Positions 47,783 to 58,269 of a stretch of DNA of 64,000 bases are shown piece after piece. This DNA is from Setoptus koraiensis (Eukaryota > Animalia > Arthropoda): positions 3,472,001 through 3,536,000 of the forward strand of contig CM106585.1 of NCBI GenBank assembly GCA_048013815.1, in the 5' to 3' direction. The stretch's first letter is position 1. Every line of letters begins with the position of its first letter. The notes below the pieces were generated by a model that was not told the origin of the DNA, made no database searches, and worked only from the letters and a program-made list of their open reading frames with translations. Position numbers and translations under genes: made by a program.

Positions 47783-49936
47783 TCACTTGTTTTCGGTGAG
47801 TTTCAATTGCAAGTCTCTCAGTTTATAGAAGTTCTTACTTCCATTCTCAACTAATTTACGTTGATTATAAGAATCCCAAACCTTAGGATCTATTTCAGGA
47901 GGCCTCCTATCGGACAATAAGAGAGGGCATAAAAATAAAGAAATGATGGCACGGCGTAGTTGTAAGTAATCACTAGAAGAGAGAATATCCTGAAATTCTT
48001 GGGTCTTGGTGAACTCATCGTTGCCTATAATAGATTCAAGATAGCCTTGTTGCATCATAAATCCACGAAGTCCCCTGATCGTGATGAGATTCGGTGGAAG
48101 GATAGGATTACTGTGTGTGTCCATTTTAGTAACTTTTTCATTGATAGCGTCGATCAAGACAGTCTCAAGCAAGTTAGTGCCTTCGATTGGTTGCGCGTTG
48201 TTTACCATCTTTCGAAAAATTAAATCAACGGCACTTTGGTAAATCTGTTCGTCTTGTTGTGTTCTGTAGACTAGCGATTTAGCTGATTTCACATGAGAAT
48301 AGGACGAGAAAATTTCGAGCAATTGATTGTCGATTTCTGTCTCAGTAGACGGGTTCTTAGGCTTCGTAGAATTTTTGATTTCTTTGGACAGAGATTCCTG
48401 AATCTCGCTTTTACTTAACGATAGATCGTAAAAAATCTTCAACTTTCTCCGAATCAGGTTCAGAAATTCTTCGTAAATTGTTCGCTTTGATAATGCCTCT
48501 TTTTCTCCTTGCGAACTCTTTAGATTCAGCTTGGACATCACAACAGTTCTCGGGGTTGACTTGAGTAAATAATTGAAAGGGTCATAGATGTAATGATTTA
48601 TGGATTTGACTTTTTTTGCTCTTGCTGGTTTTGACTTGTCAAGCAGAACAAATCTACTTCTAACTTGGTGATGATTACGATTTTTTAACTCTCGAGCTAT
48701 TTTAGACCAATTTCTATCATATTGTTCTACAAGTGCTAGTAGTTTCGCGTCCTCGGCTTGAGACCATTCTCCTAAAGATCTTTTTCCGTAACTTAGACGC
48801 ATGGAGTAACGTTCGCGAATACTTTTATTGGATCGACCAGGAATATAACTCGAGATTCTGGCGAAATCTTCTCCAAACAGTCTCACTGCAATCATTAGAG
48901 CTAGGTCCTCGTACTCGTTCCATTTTCCTGCTTTTCTTTTGCATTTATTCATGGATTTTTGCCACATATACTTGACTTTTTGTATAGTGCACCCCTCAAC
49001 AAAATACATTACCTGATTCCAAGGAATGTAGTCGCCAACTCTGCACAAATCGACAATATCATTAAGATGATCATAATCTTGCGAGTTGATGAGACCTTTG
49101 TGTGCGTCGCTGTGGAATTCAGTCTGGTATCGGGAGCAACATTGCCATGGTAAACGATTTGTATTAAGATTACGTGATACTATATCCCAACTATTGACTC
49201 CATGTAACGACACTAGACTCACTAGTTGATCGTCTTCATCTTTAGACCAGGGACTATTGTTAATAGCAGGATGAAGTTGATTTTTCCACATGAGCATGCA
49301 ATCATAGTTGTCGTGGTGGAGATCACTAAGTTTCGCGCTTATGGCAAGCCAATCGACAGTTTTATCTTCTCTATCTTCAGGAACAAAAATGTATGGCCTT
49401 GACTTGTCTCGAGCCTGCTCCGATTGTTCCTCAATCAATCTTAGTTTACACTTGAGTTCCTCAACGAGGTGGGCCATATCGGGAGCTACTGTGTCATCCG
49501 TTATACTTCTGAGCTGACTAAGAAGATGATACTTTTGTTTCAACAGATCTGCTATATGTCCATTGGAATATTTGGCAAGTACAGCATCTAACAGACGCCG
49601 TTTGGCATTATCCGTCCAAAGATTCACCTTGTTGGAGATGAGATTACATTGCGATAGTTCCTTTTGCTGCTTGGCGTCCTGATTTGGCGGACTAGTTAAC
49701 TGTTTGACATCCCTAATGTATGGTGCTTTAAATGTTGCAAATGTGCTGTTGGAATAGCCTAACTTGATATCTATTTGGTCATCTTTCATCGGTGGGTGAA
49801 TTGAATCATGGTACAATAGTTCTAGTTTTTGATCGAGATCGTGTATGAGTTGATTGATGAGATCCTTGATGTTGTTATTCAAAAGTAGAAAATATTCCTC
49901 CAGCTGATTCCGACTGAGGTCGACAAAATGTTGCAT
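47783..49936 (-). CDS. snapc4: snRNA-activating protein complex subunit 4 (SNAP190/Pbp95)-like Myb-repeat protein, 717 aa, intronless
   Basis: N-terminal F..PY.RD...PPNQD motif. Tandem Myb repeats (DWLAIS..., HPAINNSPWSKDEDDQL, W..EDLAL..., WSQAEDAKLL) in the SNAPC4 arrangement. Confidence 0.85.
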   Translation of the reverse strand: MQHFVDLSRNQLEEYFLLLNNNIKDLINQLIHDLDQKLELLYHDSIHPPMKDDQIDIKLGYSNSTFATFKAPYIRDVKQLTSPPNQDAKQQKELSQCNLISNKVNLWTDNAKRRLLDAVLAKYSNGHIADLLKQKYHLLSQLRSITDDTVAPDMAHLVEELKCKLRLIEEQSEQARDKSRPYIFVPEDREDKTVDWLAISAKLSDLHHDNYDCMLMWKNQLHPAINNSPWSKDEDDQLVSLVSLHGVNSWDIVSRNLNTNRLPWQCCSRYQTEFHSDAHKGLINSQDYDHLNDIVDLCRVGDYIPWNQVMYFVEGCTIQKVKYMWQKSMNKCKRKAGKWNEYEDLALMIAVRLFGEDFARISSYIPGRSNKSIRERYSMRLSYGKRSLGEWSQAEDAKLLALVEQYDRNWSKIARELKNRNHHQVRSRFVLLDKSKPARAKKVKSINHYIYDPFNYLLKSTPRTVVMSKLNLKSSQGEKEALSKRTIYEEFLNLIRRKLKIFYDLSLSKSEIQESLSKEIKNSTKPKNPSTETEIDNQLLEIFSSYSHVKSAKSLVYRTQQDEQIYQSAVDLIFRKMVNNAQPIEGTNLLETVLIDAINEKVTKMDTHSNPILPPNLITIRGLRGFMMQQGYLESIIGNDEFTKTQEFQDILSSSDYLQLRRAIISLFLCPLLLSDRRPPEIDPKVWDSYNQRKLVENGSKNFYKLRDLQLKLTENK

Positions 49937-50048
49937 GCTTGCAGTCTATTGATGCGTCTTTTTTTCGAGGAATCCTAGAATTATTCGACGTTGTTTTGGA
50001 CGATTGCCGATGGAAGATTGCCGACAGAAGATGCAACACTCTCTATTC

Positions 50049-50389
50049 TCGCTGGTGCTGCGGGCGGATTCGATTTGGGCGGCGGGCATGCCGGCTGGGC
50101 GGTTGCGGGCGGTTTTCGGGCGGATAGGCCGGGACTCGAGTTTTGGACGCTCGGGTCACCGAATCGCCCATTTCTGTGCGAGTGCATCGTCTGTGAGCGA
50201 CTCGCTAAATTTGACCCCTTCAATTGCAGCACTGGCGAAGCTAATCATATGGGGAAGGCAAGAGCGACCGAGCGCTCGCGCCAACGCTCACTTTCGCACG
50301 CTCGGACACGCCCACGGACGCTCGCTCTCGGGAACGATCGGGCGAGCGCCGAATGGAGGCGCTAAAAGCTCGCATCTCCAGCCGTAATG
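50049..50389. promoter_or_regulatory. GC-rich island between divergent snapc4 and type I receptor genes (bidirectional promoter / 5' leader)
   Basis: Locally GC-rich with five GGGCGG hexamers (50062-50123) and a strong plus-strand donor ATG|GTGAGT at 50389/50390. Confidence 0.55.
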
Positions 50390-50865
50390 GTGAGTGCGTG
50401 TGCTTCTGGTTTCTCGGCGCGTTGTGCATATCAACATGGTGGCGATGATTGTAGTGCACCATCTTCAACAGTTTCTTACAGTTTCTTTGTTCCATTGTTC
50501 GTGGTGCTGTTGCTTCTGTTGCTGCTGTGTGTTTACTGTACATATTATTATTACAATATTATCATACATTGGTGCCTTCCGTTATGTACCCTACATTACA
50601 CATATATTCTAACAAAATCAGAGATCCTTATTGCGTTTTTATTTCACAACACAAATTGTATAACAGTAACGATGGGAACCCATTGTCTAATTATTGGCCA
50701 CATTATTAAATAATCACAGTATTATCCCAGCACTCTTTTAATGTCTAGCACCCGCTACACCAGCCACGACGCCTTACATAAATACAACAGAATATTGCTC
50801 AACTTCAAGATATTTTTATTTCCCTATAACTTAATATATATATATAACCCAACATACTCATCACA

Positions 50866-52518
50866 ATGATCCGCCAAAATTTATTTTATCACATATCAGC
50901 CTTAATTATTTATTTGTCCATCGTAATAACCATATCACAGAATGCCACCATACCAAATACAGAGGAGACATCGCTGTATTGCTTCTGTGATACCAATGAT
51001 GAAAGTTACTGCATAGATAACACCTGCCGAACTACCAGTAAAGGATACTGTTTTGCCCATGTAAAGGAGATTTATGATGAAAACGCGACTGCTTATTTGG
51101 ACGTTTATGATTATGGTTGTTTTGGACCGGGAGAAAGCGGCCTGATGCAATGTAGATCGGCAAAAACCGTACTCGAGACACCACATAACATGACCTGTTG
51201 CCAGACTGACCACTGCAATCGGAATTTGTCACTTACCTATACTAGAACGCGAGAGCAGATGAGGCCCATCGATCACTTACAAGAAAATTTGCCTTATGCC
51301 TTTTTGGGACTATTCATAATCATAGGGCTTATTATAGTCGTGTGCCTGATCAAACTTATAACAAAGAGATTAGATATTATTTTTATGCTCTTTGAAAGAA
51401 AACACAAACTGAATGCCAAAGACTGCACATCGGTCAGTGATGATATCAACAAAGAAAAGTTAGCCATATGTGATGACGGGTCACTTTCCTACGACGAACT
51501 AACTTCAGGTCTCGGTACTAGATCTCTCATGCCTATCACAATTGGAAAACAAATCACATTGGATGACAATGGAGAAATTGGTCGCGGCCGTTTCGGTCGG
51601 GTTGTGAAAGGCACAATGTGTGGCACACCTGTAGCTGTGAAGATTTTCTCATCTGTTGATGAAGAATCTTGGAATAGAGAACGAAGTATATATGATCAAT
51701 GCATCAAAAATCACGAGAACATTCTTGGTTATTACGCGGCGGATGTCATATCTTTGAATGGTGACGTAGAGTTTTGGCTCATTACACATTACTGCAAGCA
51801 CCGATCGCTTTACGAATTCTTAAACGATGAAACTATTGCTGAAGCTCAAGCCTTGAGTATGATACATTCAATCATCAACGGGCTAGAGTATCTGCACAGA
51901 CAATCCTCTGGATGCGGATTCTTCAAACCATCTATAGCTCATCGAGATATCAAATCCAAGAATATTCTCATGAAGAGTAAAACTGAATGTTGCATCGCCG
52001 ACTTTGGTCATGCTGTTGTCGAGAGGGCGAACGGAACCATCCATAGGGGACACCCAGATGATCTCAGGGTAGGAACAAAAAGATACATGGCCCCTGAAGT
52101 TCTCGTGCAATCAATGGATCCAAATATATTCAGCAGCTACGCCAGGTCAGATGTTTACCAATTTGCTTTAGTTATGTGGGAGATTTGCAACCGAATTGGT
52201 TACAATGCTCCAGATTACTCGCTACCCTATGGTGATATTGTGCCACTTGATCCATCCTTCGAAGACATGGTCAAGGTGGTTTGCATCGACGTGTACAGGC
52301 CGCCTCTAAGACAACCAACTAACAAAGTAACCACCGAACTGAATCGAATAGTTGAGGAAAGTTGGAGACAAAAACCGGGAGCGAGATTACCGACTTTACG
52401 AATAAAGAAGCAGTTGCACGATTTGCAAGAGACCAGCAACTCACCCAGACTAAATCATAAATATACAGATGACTACGGAAGCAGCGGCTACTACGGAGAT
52501 GGCTGTGTAGCTCTCTAG
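50866..52518 (+). CDS. TGF-beta/BMP type I receptor Ser/Thr kinase, Thickveins-like ectodomain, 550 aa, intronless CDS
   Basis: Signal peptide; Cys-rich ectodomain (CFC..C..C..CFA.V.EIYDE...YGC...LMQC...CC..D.CN) resembling Tkv; one TM helix; kinase motifs GRGRFG, VAVK, HRDIKSKN, DFG, RVGTKRYMAPE, DPSFEDM. Confidence 0.92.
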   Translation: MIRQNLFYHISALIIYLSIVITISQNATIPNTEETSLYCFCDTNDESYCIDNTCRTTSKGYCFAHVKEIYDENATAYLDVYDYGCFGPGESGLMQCRSAKTVLETPHNMTCCQTDHCNRNLSLTYTRTREQMRPIDHLQENLPYAFLGLFIIIGLIIVVCLIKLITKRLDIIFMLFERKHKLNAKDCTSVSDDINKEKLAICDDGSLSYDELTSGLGTRSLMPITIGKQITLDDNGEIGRGRFGRVVKGTMCGTPVAVKIFSSVDEESWNRERSIYDQCIKNHENILGYYAADVISLNGDVEFWLITHYCKHRSLYEFLNDETIAEAQALSMIHSIINGLEYLHRQSSGCGFFKPSIAHRDIKSKNILMKSKTECCIADFGHAVVERANGTIHRGHPDDLRVGTKRYMAPEVLVQSMDPNIFSSYARSDVYQFALVMWEICNRIGYNAPDYSLPYGDIVPLDPSFEDMVKVVCIDVYRPPLRQPTNKVTTELNRIVEESWRQKPGARLPTLRIKKQLHDLQETSNSPRLNHKYTDDYGSSGYYGDGCVAL

Positions 52519-53649
52519 GAGCTGACCTTTTTCTTATTTGTAACTGACATATACATTATCGTTGCCAAGATTACTACGAATGCTCCACAATAAAAGTTCC
52601 AAGCAGGATTAAAGTCTTCAAATATATAAAACGATAAGGATGTTGACAAAATAATTGATATTGAAGTTGCAAAACCTTTCAATATGTTGTCCGCAAACTT
52701 GACTACTGTTGCTACTATCAAACCTCCGAACGCCTGTAGAATCACTATAATCCAAGTTAGACTTGTGTATCCCTGAAATAGACCATTTTGTGCTATTGCC
52801 TTCGAATCCTGATATATCATAGTTAGAGTGCTTATAACTAAACAAAACAGAGCAAGTTGGAAATTGCGTATCCAAACCGACTGCTTCGGGTTTGTTTTAA
52901 TCAGTCTCTCAAAATATACTCCACTAAATCCGCTGGACATGCAACAAGCGACAACAGCAAGCAAACCAAATATACGATTTCTAGTGTCTCCTGGGATAAC
53001 TTTGGGAGTCTCAAAGCCTTGGGGTAACTGAGCCAACGACACTCCGATGAATAACAGTATCAGCCCGATCCATTCGAGCTTCTTCATCTTCTTGTTAACG
53101 AGTATAACGGAGAACACGGCTGTTGTCAATATCTTCAGCTGATAAGCAACCTGTAAATATTTTTCAAGATAAGACGGGCGTTAGAACGAATATGTTGATT
53201 AATTTTATTTTCACTCAAAAATAAACGTGCCTCACCTGATAAGTCGCCGGGTCGAGATTTTTCAATGCATAAAAAGCTAAATTGTTTTGTAAGGCGTAAA
53301 GAGTGGCCGGGATGAGTGTTTTTAATGTTTCTATAGGCTCGGCTAGAATCTCCTGTTTTACGCCAGAGATTCCACGTTCCCAGAGTATTGTGCAGAAACA
53401 GAATATGAGTTTAAGAATTTCTGCCATCACAACGACGCTTGAGGCGAGGTACAACGTACCCCCAGTTAGAGATACTCGCGAGTAACTGAATAGGATTATT
53501 ATTGAGGTAGTTTGAAGGGTCAAAACAACTAGGGATACCCATTTGATATAACTAGAGAACTGAAATCCTGGAATCTTATATTTGTCCAATTTGTCTGAAA
53601 ATATTTCATCGCCTTTTGTGGCAGTTGTCAAGAGCTTGTAAGAACTCAT
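52515..53649 (-). CDS. Nucleotide-sugar transporter, SLC35A2/A3-like (2 exons, about 349 aa)
   Basis: Exons 53649-53236 and 53150-52515 with an 85-bp intron. The join gives TYQVAYQLKILTTAVFS. Also SGFSGVYFE..K, SVWIRN.QL and DNILKGFATS.SI. Confidence 0.93.
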
Positions 53650-53875
53650 GATTAATTGTCTAATTCTACTAAATTTTGTAAATATTCTATTTGTATAGCC
53701 AGATAATAATCATCTGTTTTATTAGACTATCGATGTAAATCTATTACTGTTTCTTGAATAACAGCCGATTGTGTTTATCAATGTGACACACATTATTTAA
53801 TGCTGAACGCACAGAGCCTTTAGAAGCGTGTTTGACGCTATTTTGTCTTCCACAAATCGGGGCACTCTATCTGTT

Positions 53876-54247
53876 CTATTCGGGTTCGGTCTTTAACTGT
53901 ATACTATTGATCCTTAATATTGTTCTAGGTAAACTCTGGAAGAAGTATTTTTTCCAATTTCCGCTTCTGGGCTTATGCCTGAATAGTAGTTTAGTATCGG
54001 ATCTAGTTTTCTCGATAATTGTAGCTTGAATTTTAAACATGCTCTCATGTAGAACAGGTCTACCCACAAGACTAAAGTTTTCACCTCCCAAGAGAAGACA
54101 TTTATTCAACAGTATGCTTTGACCAATATTGACGGGTATCACATTTTCCACTATAATCATGTCTCCAGCGGTAACTTGATGTTGTTTACCGAATAAATGT
54201 ACTACAGCGAAGAGCCGTTGACCTGTCTTGGGGTCTACCCTTAACAT
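53876..54247 (-). CDS. mRpL21: Mitochondrial ribosomal protein bL21m
   Basis: RLFAVVH..GKQ..VT.GD.I and LL.G..FSLVGRP motifs. The N-terminus is unusually short, so the start is uncertain. Confidence 0.85.
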   Translation of the reverse strand: MLRVDPKTGQRLFAVVHLFGKQHQVTAGDMIIVENVIPVNIGQSILLNKCLLLGGENFSLVGRPVLHESMFKIQATIIEKTRSDTKLLFRHKPRSGNWKKYFFQSLPRTILRINSIQLKTEPE

Positions 54248-54621
54248 TGCTCTTTACTCTGACTGATATTTTATTGGACAGAATATAACTTATAGGATAA
54301 ATATTAGGATTCGAAGATCAAGGGATGGGTTGAAGTACATTTGTAGCAATCTACAGAATCAGGCTCCATAGTATCAAGCTATGAAGCGTGCTAAATCGAT
54401 CGTGACGCCCCTAGCGAATGTAAATTGCAATAACGCAAACGAATGGAAAAACAGCGTGCACCACCCAACCTTGTTTGAACACGTTGGACATGCCTCTACG
54501 CTTATTATCCCAACGAATTATTCTCAATCACCTGCTAAATAAAACAAATGAATATCAATTAGAACCAATATTCAACATAGAAAATAATTATTTAATACGA
54601 TAAGATCATCTATTCGTAGTC

Positions 54622-55833
54622 ATGGAGGAAATTGAGAGTTTGTGTATGAACTGCAGGAAGCAAGGGACTACTAGGATTCTATTGACTAACATTCCTTATT
54701 TCAAAGATGTAGCTGTTATGTCATTCTCTTGTCCCCATTGTAACACCATAAACAATGAGCTGCAACCCGTCAGTGATATGCAAGAAAAGGGTGTCCGTTA
54801 CAAAATTAAATGCCATACTGATGCTGATTTACAAAGACAAATTGTAAAAACTGAATGGTCTGAAATAAAGATACCGGAGATCGAGTTTGAAGTTAAGCGA
54901 CAACCCGGTTTGGTTACAACCGTCGAAGGTATATTTGATCGCGCCGAGGCAGGCCTTAAACAAATGCTTGAACAAGCACAACATTTAGTACAAGAGGAAA
55001 AAGATAAGATAAAAGCCTTTATGGTGAAAATGATGAAATGCAAGTTAGGGATACAGGATTTCACTCTTGTCTTAGATGACCCGTCTGGCAATAGTTATGT
55101 CCAAAGTCTGACTGCTCCATCAATTGATCCAGATTTGGAAATCATCCATTATGTCAGGACAAGAGATCAGAACCTTCTCCTCGGCATACCCGATAGTAGT
55201 GATCAACTCAATGAAATCGACGAGCCTATCGATAGAAATCAGGTTATGGAATTTCAAACTAATTGCCCTGAATGTAGAGCACCTTGTAATACTAACATGA
55301 AACTAACAGAAATACCTCATTTTAAAGAGGTTATAATAATGGCTACAAATTGTGAAATGTGTGGACATAGGACATCGGAGATCAAGAGTGGCGCTGGTAT
55401 TGAGAGCGAAGGAGTCAGAATTAAACTGAAGATTAAAAGTGATGCAGATCTTAAGAAAGATGTGGTTAAGTCTGATTGCTGCATTGTGCAGGTGCCCGAA
55501 TTGGAGCTTGAGGTTATTTCAGCCAGTGCCGGGAAGTACACAACAGTTGAAGGAGTCTTCCAAGATACCATTGAGAGACTGGAAAAGTCGTATCCGTATA
55601 TGTTTGGTGATTCTGCCGAAGAGCATGTGCGTGAGAAGCTAAATAACATCTATACTAGATTACGGGCGCCAATGGAACTTACTCTAATATTGGACGATCC
55701 TACCGGTAACAGTTACATCGAAGAACCTGATTCCATCACAAAATATGAGAGAACATTCGATCAAAATGAAGAATTAGGCTTGAATGATATGCGAACTGAA
55801 AACTATTCTAACGGTAATGGAACTAGGGAATAA
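54622..55833 (+). CDS. zpr1: Zinc finger protein ZPR1, 403 aa, intronless
   Basis: Two C4 zinc fingers (CMNC...CPHC; CPEC...CEMC), each followed by an IPYFK/IPHFK segment and an LDDPSGNSY/LDDPTGNSY A/B domain. Confidence 0.95.
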   Translation: MEEIESLCMNCRKQGTTRILLTNIPYFKDVAVMSFSCPHCNTINNELQPVSDMQEKGVRYKIKCHTDADLQRQIVKTEWSEIKIPEIEFEVKRQPGLVTTVEGIFDRAEAGLKQMLEQAQHLVQEEKDKIKAFMVKMMKCKLGIQDFTLVLDDPSGNSYVQSLTAPSIDPDLEIIHYVRTRDQNLLLGIPDSSDQLNEIDEPIDRNQVMEFQTNCPECRAPCNTNMKLTEIPHFKEVIIMATNCEMCGHRTSEIKSGAGIESEGVRIKLKIKSDADLKKDVVKSDCCIVQVPELELEVISASAGKYTTVEGVFQDTIERLEKSYPYMFGDSAEEHVREKLNNIYTRLRAPMELTLILDDPTGNSYIEEPDSITKYERTFDQNEELGLNDMRTENYSNGNGTRE

Positions 55834-55915
55834 AAACAAGCATAATCTGTTTTTTGTGAACACCGATTATTATTTTATTTAGTCTCTAAAGTATGGAATG
55901 TACTCATTTGTAAGA

Positions 55916-56551
<636 letters not shown>

Positions 56552-57298
56552 TTATTTGAAGATAAGATAATATTACATAAACATTGAATAAATAAGCACA
56601 CCTTATATAGGGCAATCAACATATTTTGCTACACCCAAAGAACTGTAAGTTCATTGGTTATGCGATCGAATGCACAGAATGCATTTGCGCATCAACTGTA
56701 ACACTCTGTGCATATGGATAGCGTTTGCGCCGACGTGTGTATGGTATTCACCAAGTAACAGTGGGCAACATTACTATTCATGAATCTCCAGTCCATAGGA
56801 TTTTACGTGGAAGTCTTGTCAGAAAAAAATCTGTTGCACAGTTCACGGCACAGAACTGGACAACTGGCCTTTAGTTTATTGTGTACACTGTACAGATGGA
56901 TTCATAGATGAATCATCATGCATGCGTGTCAACACAGCGATGTAATAATGTAAAACTCGATTTACTAGTTTCTATACAGTACAGTGAATCTGCATTACAA
57001 CATTTACAAAACCTAACCTCATCGTTTGTCTGCCTCATATTATTATTATGATAGACATTTGTACATTTTATTCATTGTAATTGTAAATCTGAACACTCTC
57101 AAGACATTCCCTCTCTTTGCAACATTATTATTTATTTATTCTATTTGGGTGCCGTTATTCACCTGGGCGCAATCTTCTCAAAACTGTAATTTCCCACCAA
57201 CAATCAGGATTTACCTGGGATAACTACACAGCTATACAGTATCAGACCCGGAGAAATTGTAATTATTATCATTAGGAATAGTCAAAATCAACAAGAAA

Positions 57299-58101
57299 AT
57301 GAAGGAGCTTTCTCTCATTAATTTGCACAATATTATTTTTGGTTTTGTTGTTCTGTTTTCGCAAATATATTCAACAACAATTCACGCAACTGAAACCTCA
57401 GATCGTGTCACATGTGGCTCTGTAGTGAAGCTAGCTAATGAGGTCAAAAGTAAAGTCAGACTACACTCTCACGATATCAAATATGGCTCCGGCTCGGGTC
57501 AGCAATCTGTGACAGCGGTAGAAAATCAAGACACCAACAGCTACTGGTTAGTATTCGATCTTGCCAAATTGGTAAACTACCAGCAAAACAAACTCAACTC
57601 GTTAACTCAAAAAATCTCTCCATTTCCGTTTCATACTTTCTATGCGGCACAAAAATAACAACAAACTTATTATGCAGGGCCATTCTAGGATCAATCAATC
57701 AACAATGCAAACGAGGCGAGCCAATTAAATGTGGCTCTAGTTTGAGGTTGCAACATTTACAAACTAGGAAATTTCTCCATAGTCACCATTTCAAATCTCC
57801 ATTGAGTAGCCAACAAGAGGTTAGTGCCTTCGGTGCGGATGACCAAAGTGACACTGGTGATCTTTGGACGCTCCATTGCAAAGGTTCCGAATGGATAAAA
57901 GGAGAGCCCATCAGATTCAAGCATGTAGATACAGAGGTGTGGCTATCATTGTCGGGTAACACTTATGGCCGGCCAATACATGGACACATGGAGGTTATTG
58001 GGGCAACTTATCCTGAAAGCACTAGCTATTGGAAAACTGCCGAAGGTCTCTTTCTACTACCTACTCTTAAAATAACTAGGCCTAATCATGACGAATTATA
58101 A
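57299..58101 (+). CDS. sdf2: Stromal cell-derived factor 2 (MIR-domain ER protein), 2 exons, about 223 aa
   Basis: Exons 57299-57546 and 57678-58101 (131-bp phase-2 intron). Signal peptide, VTCGSVVKL, LHSHDIKYGSGSGQQSVT, LHSHHFKSPLS, C-terminal HDEL. Confidence 0.95.
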
Positions 58102-58269
58102 CAATAAGATTGAATGAAAAAATGATCACGTGATATTCCTACTTTTTACTACTTGAGTTCATCGATATTGTATGTATATATGTGTAATATTGTTGTATAT
58201 AATATATATATATATAATATTTATATTTATGCATACATATACATACATACACGTATACAAGTGCTTGTT

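Noticed and set aside
49981-50387. ORFs across the GC island as an N-terminal extension of SNAPC4
   Set aside because: An in-frame TAG lies 12 nt upstream of ATG 49936, which already starts at the conserved SNAPC4 region. The ORFs reflect stop scarcity in GC-rich DNA.
57011-57020. CCTAACCT as a telomerase RNA template for TTAGG
   Set aside because: An 8-mer is expected by chance, and I saw no supporting structure or promoter.
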